The notes: generated from the sequence alone by a model not told the origin. Positions 27,951-38,648 are shown, numbered from the stretch's first letter. The stretch is DNA of 59,399 nt from Candidatus Epulonipiscium sp. (GCA_012524135.1 JAAYSE010000131.1:1-59399), one strand, 5' to 3'. Translations and numbers: made by a program.

Positions 27951-27987
27951 ATTTAAAGATATAAATTAAATTTAAAGATATAAATTA
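27947..27987. repeat. Tandem direct duplication, 19-bp unit x2 plus a partial third copy
   Basis: TTAAATTTAAAGATATAAA occurs at 27947-27965 and again at 27966-27984, followed by TTA. The first copy starts in the rnfE stop codon. Confidence 0.9.
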
Positions 27988-28058
27988 GAAATTTTTATTA
28001 TAGAAGCCTAAGAAAGATAAAAATAGGTTTAAAAATTAATTTGTGGGAGGAAAAAAAG

Positions 28059-28634
28059 ATGACACAGATTTTAGTAATTTTCTTAGGAGCTATTTTTGTT
28101 AATAACTTTGTTTTATCTCGTTTTCTTGGTACTTGTCCTTTTTTAGGAGTTTCAAAAAAAGTAGAAACAGCAACAGGAATGGGATTAGCGGTTACTTTTG
28201 TTATGACATTAGCTTCTATTATGTCTTATATTGTTTATGATTGGATTTTGGTACCTTTAGAAATAGAATATCTCTATACGATTGCTTTTATTTTAGTTAT
28301 TGCTTCATTAGTACAGTTTGTAGAGATGGTAATTCAAAAAACAAGTCCTACATTATATCAAGCGTTAGGAGTTTATCTTCCTTTAATTACAACCAATTGT
28401 GCTGTTTTAGGTGTAGCTATTATTAATAAAAATGAAGGTTATAATTTAATAAAATCTATTTTTAATGGTTTAGGGGGAGCTCTAGGATTTACTCTTGCTA
28501 TTGTGTTATTTGCAGGAATACGAGAAAGAATTGAAAAAAATAATATTCTAGAAGCGTTTAAAGGATTTCCCATTGCTTTAATTACGGCAGGTTTAATGTC
28601 GATTGCTTTTTTAGGATTTCAAGGATTGTTATAA
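28059..28634 (+). CDS. rnfA: Rnf complex subunit A
   Basis: ATG 28059 ([32 protein letters not shown]...) follows GGGAGG. It belongs to the NqrE/RnfA family (...[12 protein letters not shown]...). Confidence 0.92.
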   Translation: MTQILVIFLGAIFVNNFVLSRFLGTCPFLGVSKKVETATGMGLAVTFVMTLASIMSYIVYDWILVPLEIEYLYTIAFILVIASLVQFVEMVIQKTSPTLYQALGVYLPLITTNCAVLGVAIINKNEGYNLIKSIFNGLGGALGFTLAIVLFAGIRERIEKNNILEAFKGFPIALITAGLMSIAFLGFQGLL

Positions 28635-28659
28635 AAGTATAAATAAGGAGGTTGTAAAG

Positions 28660-29487
28660 ATGAATATAATGACCATTGTATATTCCATAGCTAGTATAGG
28701 TGGATTAGGCTTACTTTTTGGTATTGGATTAGGTTATGCCTCTAAAAAATTTGCAGTCCCTGTTGATCCTAAAGTGCCTTTAATTCGAGATGTACTTCCG
28801 GGAGCCAATTGTGGGGGATGTGGATATGCTGGTTGTGATGCTTTTGCTAAGGCGGTAGCAGAAGGCGATGCCAATCCAGAGGGTTGTCCAGTAGGAGGTA
28901 TTAAAGTGGCACAACAAGTAGCAGATATTTTAGGATTAACAGTGGAAGAAAAAGATCCAACAACTGCTTTTGTAAAATGTAATGGAACTTGTGAACACAG
29001 TCAAAATCACTATAAGTACTATGGCATTCAAGATTGTAATGAAGCAGCTTTATTACCAGGTGGAGGTTCTAAGAGTTGTTCTTATGGATGTATGGGACTA
29101 GGGAGTTGTGTGAAAGCTTGTCCTTTTGATGCTATAGAGATTCGAAATGGAGTAGCTGTTGTTATAGAAGAAAAATGTACTAGTTGTGGAAATTGTGTAG
29201 AGGCTTGTCCAAAAGGGCTAATCGAAATTGTTCCTTTAAAAAATAAAATACGTGTTGCTTGTAATTCAGAAGATAAAGGAAAAGAAGTTCGTTCTAACTG
29301 TGAGGTGGGTTGTATTGGTTGCCGTATGTGTGTAAGGACTTGTGAATATGATGCTATCGATTTTAATAATCAATTGGCTCATATAAATTATGAAAAATGT
29401 ACCCAATGTCAGGCTTGTGTTGAAAAATGTCCAACAAATGCCATCTTAGGATTACAAGAAGTAAAAGTAGAAGAAAAGGCGAATTAA
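28660..29487 (+). CDS. rnfB: Rnf complex subunit B (polyferredoxin)
   Basis: An N-terminal TM anchor, a ...GANCGGCGYAGCDAFA... 4Fe-4S motif, and several CxxCxxCxxxCP ferredoxin repeats. Confidence 0.92.
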   Translation: MNIMTIVYSIASIGGLGLLFGIGLGYASKKFAVPVDPKVPLIRDVLPGANCGGCGYAGCDAFAKAVAEGDANPEGCPVGGIKVAQQVADILGLTVEEKDPTTAFVKCNGTCEHSQNHYKYYGIQDCNEAALLPGGGSKSCSYGCMGLGSCVKACPFDAIEIRNGVAVVIEEKCTSCGNCVEACPKGLIEIVPLKNKIRVACNSEDKGKEVRSNCEVGCIGCRMCVRTCEYDAIDFNNQLAHINYEKCTQCQACVEKCPTNAILGLQEVKVEEKAN

Positions 29488-29503
29488 TTCATCGCCTTTT
29501 TTC
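29476..29503 (+). terminator. Rho-independent terminator ending rnf operon
   Basis: AAGGCGA (29476-29482) pairs with TCGCCTT (29492-29498), followed by T6. The hairpin spans the rnfB stop codon. Confidence 0.8.
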
Positions 29504-29581
29504 TATACAAAAAATTAGTTCTATGATACAATAAAAAGCATAAAATGGAATTTTTATTTATCTTACAAAGGGGGAGAAAAT

Positions 29582-29842
29582 GTGTATTTAAAAAAACAAA
29601 AGAATGGATGGGCTTTGTTTTTACTGTTATTAGCTGGTATTGTACTTGGAGGTGCTATTGGTGAATGGATTGGAATGAAACCTGCTTTTGAATGGTTACG
29701 CTATGGATTTCATTTTGGGTTCGATCAACCTTTTGTATTCGATATAAAGGTTTTAGTATTAACGCTAGGTATTAGTATAAAGTTAAATATAGCAGGTATA
29801 ATAGGAATGATCTTAGCGATTGTAATATATAGAAATTTATAG
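29582..29842 (+). CDS. DUF4321 domain small membrane protein
   Basis: 86 aa with two hydrophobic segments. It occupies the conserved position immediately upstream of maf-radC-mreB in Clostridia. GTG start. Confidence 0.65.
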   Translation: MYLKKQKNGWALFLLLLAGIVLGGAIGEWIGMKPAFEWLRYGFHFGFDQPFVFDIKVLVLTLGISIKLNIAGIIGMILAIVIYRNL

Positions 29843-29875
29843 TAGAGTGAATATATGATATGGGAAGGTGAAAGA

Positions 29876-30481
29876 TTGAAAAAAATTATTTTGGCATCTC
29901 AATCTCCAAGGAGACAAGAACTTTTACATCAAATAGGTATTTCTTTTGAAGTGATGACAAGTCATATTTCAGAAAAAATAGATGCAAGTTTATCCGTTGA
30001 GGATCAAGTTAAAAAATTAGCTTTTAATAAAGCACAAGCTATTCAAAAACAAATGAAGGAACCTTGTATTATTATTGGAGCAGATACGATGGTGACTTAT
30101 AATAATCATATTTTAGGTAAACCTAAAAATGCTCAAGATGCTTATTCTATGTTGCAAATGCTTCAGGGACAAGTACATACGGTTTATACAGGTGTAGCTG
30201 TATTAGAAAGTTTTTCTATAAAAAAATTTTCTCATTACTGTTTTATGGAATCAGCAAAAGTATATATGAAATCATTAACAAAAACAGAAATTTGGAACTA
30301 TATTAATTCCAAAGAACCGAAGGATAAAGCAGGAGCTTATGGTATTCAAGGTAAAGGAGCTGCTTTTATTCAAAAGATTGAGGGTGACTATTATACAGTT
30401 GTTGGATTGCCTATTAGTTCTCTTTATGATGTTTTAAAGGAAAAAGTTGAAATATCTAAATATTGGATAAATAATGAATGA
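29876..30481 (+). CDS. maf: Maf-like nucleoside triphosphate pyrophosphatase (septum formation protein Maf)
   Basis: ...KKIILASQSPRRQELL... and ...GADTMV... are the Maf signature. TTG 29876 after GAAGGTGA gives a canonical N-terminus. The alternative start is ATG 29855 (track ORF). Confidence 0.88.
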   Translation: MKKIILASQSPRRQELLHQIGISFEVMTSHISEKIDASLSVEDQVKKLAFNKAQAIQKQMKEPCIIIGADTMVTYNNHILGKPKNAQDAYSMLQMLQGQVHTVYTGVAVLESFSIKKFSHYCFMESAKVYMKSLTKTEIWNYINSKEPKDKAGAYGIQGKGAAFIQKIEGDYYTVVGLPISSLYDVLKEKVEISKYWINNE

Positions 30482-30484
30482 GAA

Positions 30485-30513
30485 TTGACAAAAAAACAGA
30501 TTAATCGTAAAAT
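30485..30513 (+). promoter_or_regulatory. SigmaA-type promoter upstream of radC
   Basis: TTGACA (30485-30490), a 17 nt spacer, then TAAAAT (30508-30513). Confidence 0.5.
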
Positions 30514-30571
30514 AGAAATAGAAAAAATAGGGAGGTTTTGATAAAATATAGGAAATAGGTGGGGGGTAGAG

Positions 30572-31276
30572 ATGAATATGCAAACTCAAAGAATGACTAT
30601 GAAAGAATTGCCAGAGACTGAACGACCTTATGAAAAATTGAAAAAATATGGGCCTGCTTTTTTATCTGATGCTGAATTATTAGCGATTATATTTCGTGTT
30701 GGATCTAGGGGAGAGAGGGCAGTAGAAGTAGCTCAGCGATTATTGACTCTGAATGAACATAACCCAGGTTTGCCAGGATTGTATGATGCTAGTTTGAAGG
30801 ACCTTCAAAAGGTAAAAGGAATTGGAGAAGTTAAATCTATACAAATTCAAGCAGTAATGGAACTTTCAAAACGTTTTGCAAAATATCAAGGAAAAGAACA
30901 GTTTAAAATTTCTTCCCCAAGTTCAATAGCGGCTGTTTATATGGAAGAAATGCGATACTTAAAACAAGAGCATTTTAAAGTAGTACTTTTAGATACTAAA
31001 AACAAGATTATAGGGGATCGAGATGTTACTATTGGAAGTATCAATGCATCGATTGTACATCCTAGAGAGGTATTTAAAGAAGCTATTCAAAAAAGTGCAG
31101 CCCATATTATTATTCTACATAATCACCCCAGTGGGGATCCAACACCTAGTAGAGAAGATATACAAGTTACAAAACGGATTTTCGAGGTAGGAAATTTAAT
31201 AGGAATTCCTGTATTAGATCATATTATTATTGGAAATGGGAAGTACATTAGTTTAAAGGAAAAAGATCTATGTTGA
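30572..31276 (+). CDS. radC: RadC-family JAB/MPN domain protein
   Basis: A helix-hairpin-helix region (...LQKVKGIGEVKSIQI...) and the JAMM motif ...IILHNHPSGDPTPSREDI... Confidence 0.9.
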   Translation: MNMQTQRMTMKELPETERPYEKLKKYGPAFLSDAELLAIIFRVGSRGERAVEVAQRLLTLNEHNPGLPGLYDASLKDLQKVKGIGEVKSIQIQAVMELSKRFAKYQGKEQFKISSPSSIAAVYMEEMRYLKQEHFKVVLLDTKNKIIGDRDVTIGSINASIVHPREVFKEAIQKSAAHIIILHNHPSGDPTPSREDIQVTKRIFEVGNLIGIPVLDHIIIGNGKYISLKEKDLC

Positions 31277-31296
31277 TAATTAACATAGATCTTTTT
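31261..31296 (+). terminator. Rho-independent terminator after radC
   Basis: AAAAGATCTATGTT pairs with AACATAGATCTTTT (14-bp stem) followed by a T run. The hairpin includes the radC stop codon. Confidence 0.8.
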
Positions 31297-31338
31297 CGAC
31301 ATAAGAAGACTTTTTTTATATGGTTTCGTATTTTAATG

Positions 31339-31367
31339 TTGAAAAGTATCTTGAAAAAGAGTATTAT
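31339..31367 (+). promoter_or_regulatory. SigmaA-type promoter upstream of mreB
   Basis: TTGAAA (31339-31344), a 17 nt spacer, then TATTAT (31362-31367). The leader would be about 210 nt. Confidence 0.4.
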
Positions 31368-31546
31368 ATTACTAGTGATTATTTTAAAAGGTTTAAATGA
31401 CTTTTTTTAGTGTTAGAATAACAAATTATCGGGAACAATAAAAAATAAATAGAGAAAAATTCTTTAATATAAAGTATATATTTAGTATTGTTTTTTGGGA
31501 TAATACAGAGAATAAACGTATAAAGTATTCGTGAATTTAGAACTAG

Positions 31547-32608
<1,062 letters not shown>

Positions 32609-32635
32609 TAAATGTGGTAAAATAAGGGGTGAATA

Positions 32636-33508
32636 ATGTTGAAGTTTAAAAAGATATTAATTCCTAAGAAATATGTTTTAACAATAGTAACCATTATTAC
32701 AATGGTTACTATTGTTGTAACATTACCGAATCGAAACCAAGTGACGATGATTGAAAATGGACTTGGATATGTCGTTGTTCCTATACAGAAAATTTTAACA
32801 AAAATACAAAAATGGTCCAATGAAAATATTTTTTTTATTTTTCACGCCTATGAGTTACAAGATAAAAATGCAAAGTTGGTAAAAGAATTAGATGAATTAC
32901 GATATGAAAATACAATTTTACAACAATATAAACAAGATAATGAACGACTTAGAAATTTATTAAAATTGGATCAAAAATATCCGGAATATCCTAAGGTGGG
33001 TGCTCAAGTAATTGGAAAAGATCCAGGTAATTGGTATAATATGTTTCTTATTGATAAAGGCACGAATCATGGATTAGCTATCGATATGGTAGTGATGGCT
33101 GATAGTGGTTTAGTAGGTAGAATTGTTGAAGTTGGATTTAATTATGCAAAGGTACTCTCTATTATTGACGATACTAGTTCTGTTAGTGCTCAAACGTTAC
33201 GCACAAATGAAGTAGCTATAATTAGAGGAGACAAAACACTAATGGATGAAGGATTGTGTAGAATTCAACATATTAATATTGATGCCCAAATAGTAAAAGG
33301 AGATGAGATGGTGACTTCTCATTTAGGAGATTTATATCCACCAGGTATTTTAATTGGGACTATTACAGAAATTAAAACAGAGAGTAACGGATTAACAAAA
33401 TATGGATTATTAGAACCAGCTGTAGATTTTCAACATTTAGAAGAGGTATTAGTTATTGATAAACCTTGGAAAGGGAAAAAAACAAATCTAAAGGAGTCTA
33501 CACAGTGA
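32636..33508 (+). CDS. mreC: Rod shape-determining protein MreC
   Basis: An N-terminal TM helix, a coiled coil (...LQDKNAKLVKELDELRYENTILQQYKQDNERLRNLL...), and a beta-barrel domain ending ...TSHLGDLYPPGILIGTI... Confidence 0.9.
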   Translation: MLKFKKILIPKKYVLTIVTIITMVTIVVTLPNRNQVTMIENGLGYVVVPIQKILTKIQKWSNENIFFIFHAYELQDKNAKLVKELDELRYENTILQQYKQDNERLRNLLKLDQKYPEYPKVGAQVIGKDPGNWYNMFLIDKGTNHGLAIDMVVMADSGLVGRIVEVGFNYAKVLSIIDDTSSVSAQTLRTNEVAIIRGDKTLMDEGLCRIQHINIDAQIVKGDEMVTSHLGDLYPPGILIGTITEIKTESNGLTKYGLLEPAVDFQHLEEVLVIDKPWKGKKTNLKESTQ

Positions 33509-34020
33509 GAATAATAGTTGTTAGTGGGATTTTATTACTTTATTTAATTTTACAACCTACTTATATACAACATATAAGAATGATGGGAATTATTCCTAAT
33601 TTTGCGGTTATGATTATTGTTTCTTTTGGATTATTACGAGGTAGTGTTGAAGGAGCTATTATTGGTTTTGCCCTTGGGTTATTACAAGATATATTTTTTG
33701 GTCGAGCTATAGGCTTTTATGCTTTAATAGGAATGTTTATAGGATATGTTTGTGGAATTCCTAATAAAAAATATTATAGAGAAAACTATATTCTTCCTTT
33801 TTTCTTAGTAATATTGAGTACATTAGCCCAAGGAATCATTACATATATTTTTACATTTTTGATTCGAGGTCGTACTAGTTTTTTGTTTTTTATTCAACAT
33901 ATTATTTTCCCAGAGGTTGTATATACAGCAGCATTAAGCTTGATCGTGTATCGATTAATTTATAGTGTTAATGAAAGGGTCGAGGCAAGGGAAAAAGTGC
34001 GACGCAAACATTTTAGTTAA
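33505..34020 (+). CDS. mreD: Rod shape-determining protein MreD
   Basis: GTG 33505 overlaps the mreC stop (GTGA), preceded by AAGGAG. About 170 aa with five hydrophobic helices. Confidence 0.85.
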   Translation: MRIIVVSGILLLYLILQPTYIQHIRMMGIIPNFAVMIIVSFGLLRGSVEGAIIGFALGLLQDIFFGRAIGFYALIGMFIGYVCGIPNKKYYRENYILPFFLVILSTLAQGIITYIFTFLIRGRTSFLFFIQHIIFPEVVYTAALSLIVYRLIYSVNERVEAREKVRRKHFS

Positions 34021-34043
34021 CGGGAATTTGAGGTGTTAGAAAT

Positions 34044-36587
34044 ATGAGACGGCTCTTAGAAGAAATGAAACGAATAATTACACATCGATTATTTTTATTT
34101 GGTTTGCTTATCATTTTACTTTTGTTTCAACTGGTTGTGCATTTATTTCAGCTTCAAATTGTTGAAGGAGAACAACATGAAAAAGAATTAAAAGCAAGTA
34201 TTTTACGAGAGATTTCTATTCCTGCTCCTAGAGGTATGATTTTTGATCGTTATGGACGCCCATTAGCTATAAATAAGGTTGCTTTTTCTTTAAAAATTGA
34301 TGATAGTATTGAAACTACGAATCAAAATGAGATTTTATTGCATGTTATTCAGTTATTAGAGGAAAATGAAGAATCGTATGTTGATGATTTTCCTATTATT
34401 ATTGATGAAGACGGTGTTCTATCATTTACTATAAATGAGCAAGGACAAATGCGATTTAAAGAAGAAATCTTTGGTAAGAAGGAAGAGAAATTTACAGAAA
34501 AACAGAAAAACATGACATTAGAGGAACTTTTTCGTTATATGCGTGAAGAGACATTTGAAATTGATGAAAAATACAGTGACATAGAAGCTAGAAAAATTAT
34601 GGTTTTGAAATATCCTTTATATCAAAGGCGTTATCGACAATATCAACCTGTTACAGTAGCTGTGGATGTAAGTGAAAAAACAGTAGCCATGATTGAAGAA
34701 AGACATGATGAATTTCCAGGTTTGTATATAGATGTAGAGCCATTACGTTATTATCCAGAAGGCGATTTATTTAGTCATATTTTGGGTTATATTGGTAAAA
34801 TAACAGATACTCAATTAGAAGAACTAAAAGATAAAGGTTATACTCCTTTTGATATCGTAGGACGAACAGGTATTGAAAAAGAGATGGAAGTCTACTTACA
34901 AGGACAAGATGGGAAGATGATGGTAGAAGTTGATAATGTAGGAAGACGAATGAATGTGTTACAAACAGAAGAAGCCATTCCCGGAGATAAAGTTTTTTTA
35001 ACCTTAGATCGTAATTTTCAGAAAGAAACTCATAAAATTTTAGTAAATAAGTTATCAGAAATTTTACTTTCAAGGCTTACTAATTCTAATAGTAAAGAAC
35101 GTTCTTATTCTTTAGAAGATGTTATTATTAGTATGATTCAGCATAATACGATTTCAATATCAAAAATTTTATCTGCTAATGAAGCGGCAATAGAACAAAA
35201 TAAAATTGCAGAAAAATTATATCATAAATTTGAAAATCCAAAAGAACTTTTACAAACAGATCTTAATATGCTTCAAAATGCATTGATTGATATGGTTCAG
35301 ACAAAACAAATTTCTTATAAAGAGTTAATATTGGTTTTATGGGAACAAGGAATTATTACAGGTGATGATGAATTTTTAGAAATGGTTCAACGGGGTCAAA
35401 TTACTCCTTTAGCAGTGATTAAACAGAAAATTAAAACTGGTGAAATTACTCCTCAACAAGTAGGTTTAGATCCTAGTACAGGTTCTGTTGTAGTGTTGAA
35501 TATTCATACAGGAGAAGTTTTATCTATGGTTAGCTATCCTAGTTATGATAATAATCAATTAGTTAATCATTTTAATACAGAATATTGGAACGATCTGTTA
35601 AATGATCCTACAACTCCTTTATTTCATCGGGCAACGATGGAACGAAAGGCACCAGGTTCTACTTTTAAGATGATTACCGGTTTGGCTGGCTTAGAGGAAA
35701 ATATTATCAGAAGAAACGAAACTATTTTAGATAAAGGGGTTTTTACAGATGCAGGACACCCACATGCGCGGTGTTGGATTTATAGTTCTTATCATAGTAC
35801 ACACGGATATGTAGATATACCATATGCTTTAGAAGTATCATGTAATTATTATTTTTATGAAGTGGCTTATCGTATGGGGAAAACAGGGAAGGGAAGAAGT
35901 GCTTTAAAAGGGATTAATACATTAAATGAATATGCAAAAAAGTTTGGTTTAGATCAACGTTCAGGAATTGAAATTGATGAAGCTTCTCCAATGTTATCTT
36001 CACCAGATAATAAAAGAACTCAGATACAACGTTGGAGATCTGATGTTAGTGAAGGAGAATTGCGTTGGTATGATGGAGATACTATTCGAACAGGGATTGG
36101 ACAGGGATGGAATAACTTTGCTCCTATTCATATGGCCCGTTATATAGCTACTTTAGCCAATGGTGGAACCCTTTATAATAGTTATTTAATTGATAAGATT
36201 GAAAAGCCAAATGGAGAATTATATAATAAAAAAGAGCCTATGATTCAAATGCAATCTAATTTTGATGCTATGAATTTGCAAAGTATTTATGAAGGAATGC
36301 ATCGGGTAACTGTAGGAAGTCGAGGAACAGTGCGAAATGTTTTTAAAAATTTTCCTATTTCTGTAGCAGGGAAAACAGGTACTGCACAAGAAGATCCAAA
36401 TCGAGATAGTCATGCTTGGTTTGTTGGATTTGCTCCTTATGATAATCCTGAAATTGCGATATCAGTATCCTTGCCTTTTGGAGATCGTTCTGATTATCCA
36501 GCAGAAATTTTTCGCGATATTGTAGCTGCTTATTTTGAATTAAATGTAGAATATGATAAAATTAATTTAGATAATAGAATATATTAA
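34044..36587 (+). CDS. mrdA: Penicillin-binding protein 2 (class B transpeptidase, elongasome), unusually long
   Basis: An N-terminal TM helix and a pedestal domain (...RGMIFDRYGRPLA...). The transpeptidase motifs are STFK (SxxK), SCN (SxN) and KTGTA (KTG). 847 aa. It sits between mreD and minC. Confidence 0.9.
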   Translation: MRRLLEEMKRIITHRLFLFGLLIILLLFQLVVHLFQLQIVEGEQHEKELKASILREISIPAPRGMIFDRYGRPLAINKVAFSLKIDDSIETTNQNEILLHVIQLLEENEESYVDDFPIIIDEDGVLSFTINEQGQMRFKEEIFGKKEEKFTEKQKNMTLEELFRYMREETFEIDEKYSDIEARKIMVLKYPLYQRRYRQYQPVTVAVDVSEKTVAMIEERHDEFPGLYIDVEPLRYYPEGDLFSHILGYIGKITDTQLEELKDKGYTPFDIVGRTGIEKEMEVYLQGQDGKMMVEVDNVGRRMNVLQTEEAIPGDKVFLTLDRNFQKETHKILVNKLSEILLSRLTNSNSKERSYSLEDVIISMIQHNTISISKILSANEAAIEQNKIAEKLYHKFENPKELLQTDLNMLQNALIDMVQTKQISYKELILVLWEQGIITGDDEFLEMVQRGQITPLAVIKQKIKTGEITPQQVGLDPSTGSVVVLNIHTGEVLSMVSYPSYDNNQLVNHFNTEYWNDLLNDPTTPLFHRATMERKAPGSTFKMITGLAGLEENIIRRNETILDKGVFTDAGHPHARCWIYSSYHSTHGYVDIPYALEVSCNYYFYEVAYRMGKTGKGRSALKGINTLNEYAKKFGLDQRSGIEIDEASPMLSSPDNKRTQIQRWRSDVSEGELRWYDGDTIRTGIGQGWNNFAPIHMARYIATLANGGTLYNSYLIDKIEKPNGELYNKKEPMIQMQSNFDAMNLQSIYEGMHRVTVGSRGTVRNVFKNFPISVAGKTGTAQEDPNRDSHAWFVGFAPYDNPEIAISVSLPFGDRSDYPAEIFRDIVAAYFELNVEYDKINLDNRIY

Positions 36588-36635
36588 ATAAAATCTAACC
36601 TATGGGATAAAAATATAAATAAGTAGGGGGTTACT

Positions 36636-37328
36636 ATGCATCACGATAATCACGTAATCTTTAAGGGAACAAAAGATGGACTTACAATTTTACTAGATAA
36701 TGAATTAGATTTTGTAACTTTACAAGAACACTTTGAAAAAAAAGTGGTGGATGCAAGTCGTTTTTTTCATGGGGCTAAGGTTGCTTTAACTTTTCAAGGA
36801 AGAGAATTGTCAGAAGAAGAACAGCAAATATTAGTAACAATTCTTTCTAAAAAATCTCAATTAGATATTTCTTTTATTCATGGTACGGATACAGATCATG
36901 ATAAAATTTTTATATCTCCTGAACAGTCAAATATAGAAAAATCAACAAATGTATGGGATGAAGGAAAAGTTAGATTTTATAAAGGAACAATTCGTTCTGG
37001 ACAACGTATTGAATTTGCAGGAAATGTTGTGATTATTGGAGATGTAAATCCAGGAGGTCAAGTTATAGCAGAAGAAAGTATTGTTATTTTGGGAAGTGTA
37101 AAAGGAATGGTACATGCAGGGAGTAGAGGAAATGTAAAAGCTTTTGTTGCTGCGTTATCTATGACACCTATGCAACTTCGTATTGGTAATATAATTAGTC
37201 GTTCTCCAGATGAAGATGATAATCAAAATGCTAGTACATCTATGGCACATATTGCATATGTATATGAACAAAGAATTTGTATGGAACCTATAGATGGGAA
37301 AATGGATTATTTGTTTTTAAAAAATTGA
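36636..37328 (+). CDS. minC: Septum site-determining protein MinC
   Basis: 230 aa with a C-terminal beta-helix (...RSGQRIEFAGNVVIIGDVNPGGQVIAEESIVILGSVKGMVHAG...), located upstream of minD and minE. Confidence 0.9.
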   Translation: MHHDNHVIFKGTKDGLTILLDNELDFVTLQEHFEKKVVDASRFFHGAKVALTFQGRELSEEEQQILVTILSKKSQLDISFIHGTDTDHDKIFISPEQSNIEKSTNVWDEGKVRFYKGTIRSGQRIEFAGNVVIIGDVNPGGQVIAEESIVILGSVKGMVHAGSRGNVKAFVAALSMTPMQLRIGNIISRSPDEDDNQNASTSMAHIAYVYEQRICMEPIDGKMDYLFLKN

Positions 37329-37498
37329 TTTGTCAAAAAAAGTATAAAAGTAAAGAAAAATGTAGGAATAAAGTTGATGCAATTGTAGACATTATTTGGT
37401 AAGATAATAGTAGAACTTATTTTGTTACTTCCGTTTTATTTAAGATAAAGATTTCCATACATATGCAATATGGAAAAGTAGATTAAGGGGGAAAATAC

Positions 37499-38296
37499 AT
37501 GAGTGAAGTAATTGTAATTACATCTGGCAAGGGAGGCGTTGGAAAAACAACAACGACTGCCAATCTAGGTACAGGATTAGCGTTAGCAGAAAAAAAAGTA
37601 GCTTTAATTGATGCCGATATTGGTCTTAGAAATTTAGATGTTGTAATGGGATTAGAAAATAGAATAGTATATGATTTGGTGGATGTAGTAGAAGGACATT
37701 GTCGTGTAAGACAGGCATTAATTAAAGATAAGAGATATTCTGGCATGTTTTTATTACCCGCAGCTCAAACAAGAGATAAAAATGCAATTAGTCCAGAACA
37801 AATGCAAAAACTTTGTGAAACCTTAAAAGAAGACTTTGATTATATATTAGTGGATTGTCCTGCGGGCATTGAACAAGGTTTTAAAAATGCTATTGCTGGA
37901 GCTGATCGAGCTATTGTAGTTACTACTCCGGAAGTATCTGCTGTTCGAGATGCTGATCGTATTATTGGATTATTAGAAGCAAACGACTTAAGAAATCCTA
38001 AATTGTTAGTAAATCGAGTCAAAGCAGACATGGTAAAAAGAGGAGACATGATGGCGATTGAAGATGTCATGGAGATTTTGGCTGTGGATATCATTGGTGT
38101 TGTTCCAGATGATGACCAGATTGTAGTTTCTAGTAATCGTGGAGAACCAGCAGTAACAGATCCAAATTCCTTAGCGGGACAAGCATATCGTAATATTACA
38201 AAAAGAATTATGGGAGAAGAAGTACCACTTCTTAATTTAGAAGAACATCAAGGTTTTATGCAACGATTAAAAAAGATGTTTGGATTAAGTGTATAA
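37499..38296 (+). CDS. minD: Septum site-determining ATPase MinD
   Basis: Deviant Walker A SGKGGVGKTTT; 265 aa; a C-terminal amphipathic helix (...FMQRLKKMFGL...). Confidence 0.96.
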   Translation: MSEVIVITSGKGGVGKTTTTANLGTGLALAEKKVALIDADIGLRNLDVVMGLENRIVYDLVDVVEGHCRVRQALIKDKRYSGMFLLPAAQTRDKNAISPEQMQKLCETLKEDFDYILVDCPAGIEQGFKNAIAGADRAIVVTTPEVSAVRDADRIIGLLEANDLRNPKLLVNRVKADMVKRGDMMAIEDVMEILAVDIIGVVPDDDQIVVSSNRGEPAVTDPNSLAGQAYRNITKRIMGEEVPLLNLEEHQGFMQRLKKMFGLSV

Positions 38297-38314
38297 AGAA
38301 GGGGGAGAGGTAGA

Positions 38315-38596
38315 GTGGAATTTTTAAAAATCTTTGGGAAAAAGCAAACTTCTAGTTCGGTGGCAAAGGATCGGTTAAAATTATTATTGATACATGATCG
38401 TGCTAATTGCTCTTCAGAAATTTTAGAAATGTTAAAGAGTGATATTATACAAGTAATTTCTAATTATATGGAAATTGATAAAGAGGGATTAGATATTCAA
38501 ATTAGTCAAGCACGTTCCGAGGAATCAAATGCTGTTGTTCCGGTTTTATATGCCAATATTCCTATTAAAAATATGCGAAAAGCAAGTAATTCTTGA
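38315..38596 (+). CDS. minE: Cell division topological specificity factor MinE
   Basis: 93 aa with ...SSSVAKDRLKLLLIHDR...; GTG start after GGGGGAGAGG. Confidence 0.88.
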   Translation: MEFLKIFGKKQTSSSVAKDRLKLLLIHDRANCSSEILEMLKSDIIQVISNYMEIDKEGLDIQISQARSEESNAVVPVLYANIPIKNMRKASNS

Positions 38597-38609
38597 GAGA
38601 AGAATGCAT

Positions 38610-38648
38610 AAGAGCAAAGTAGGATCTTAAAAATCTTACTTTGCTCTT
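38610..38648 (+). terminator. Rho-independent terminator after minE
   Basis: AAGAGCAAAGTAGGAT pairs with ATCTTACTTTGCTCTT (one bulge), followed by a T-rich tail. Confidence 0.7.

Noticed and set aside
29580-29591. ATG TGT ATT TAA mini-ORF overlapping the start of the DUF4321 gene.
   Set aside because: It has three codons. The overlapping GTG 29582 frame gives a full-length DUF4321-like membrane protein.
31320-31400. A 26-codon mini-ORF (MVSYFNVEKYLEKEYYITSDYFKRFK) in the long radC-mreB spacer.
   Set aside because: It has no RBS (it is preceded by T7ATA). It overlaps the predicted mreB promoter, and its composition is typical of random AT-rich sequence.
37454-37478. The hairpin TTTCCATA-N9-TATGGAAA in the unusually long (170 nt) minC-minD spacer.
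   Set aside because: The stem is only 8 bp and AT-rich, with no T tract. This could easily occur by chance, and there is no supporting evidence for a regulatory role.
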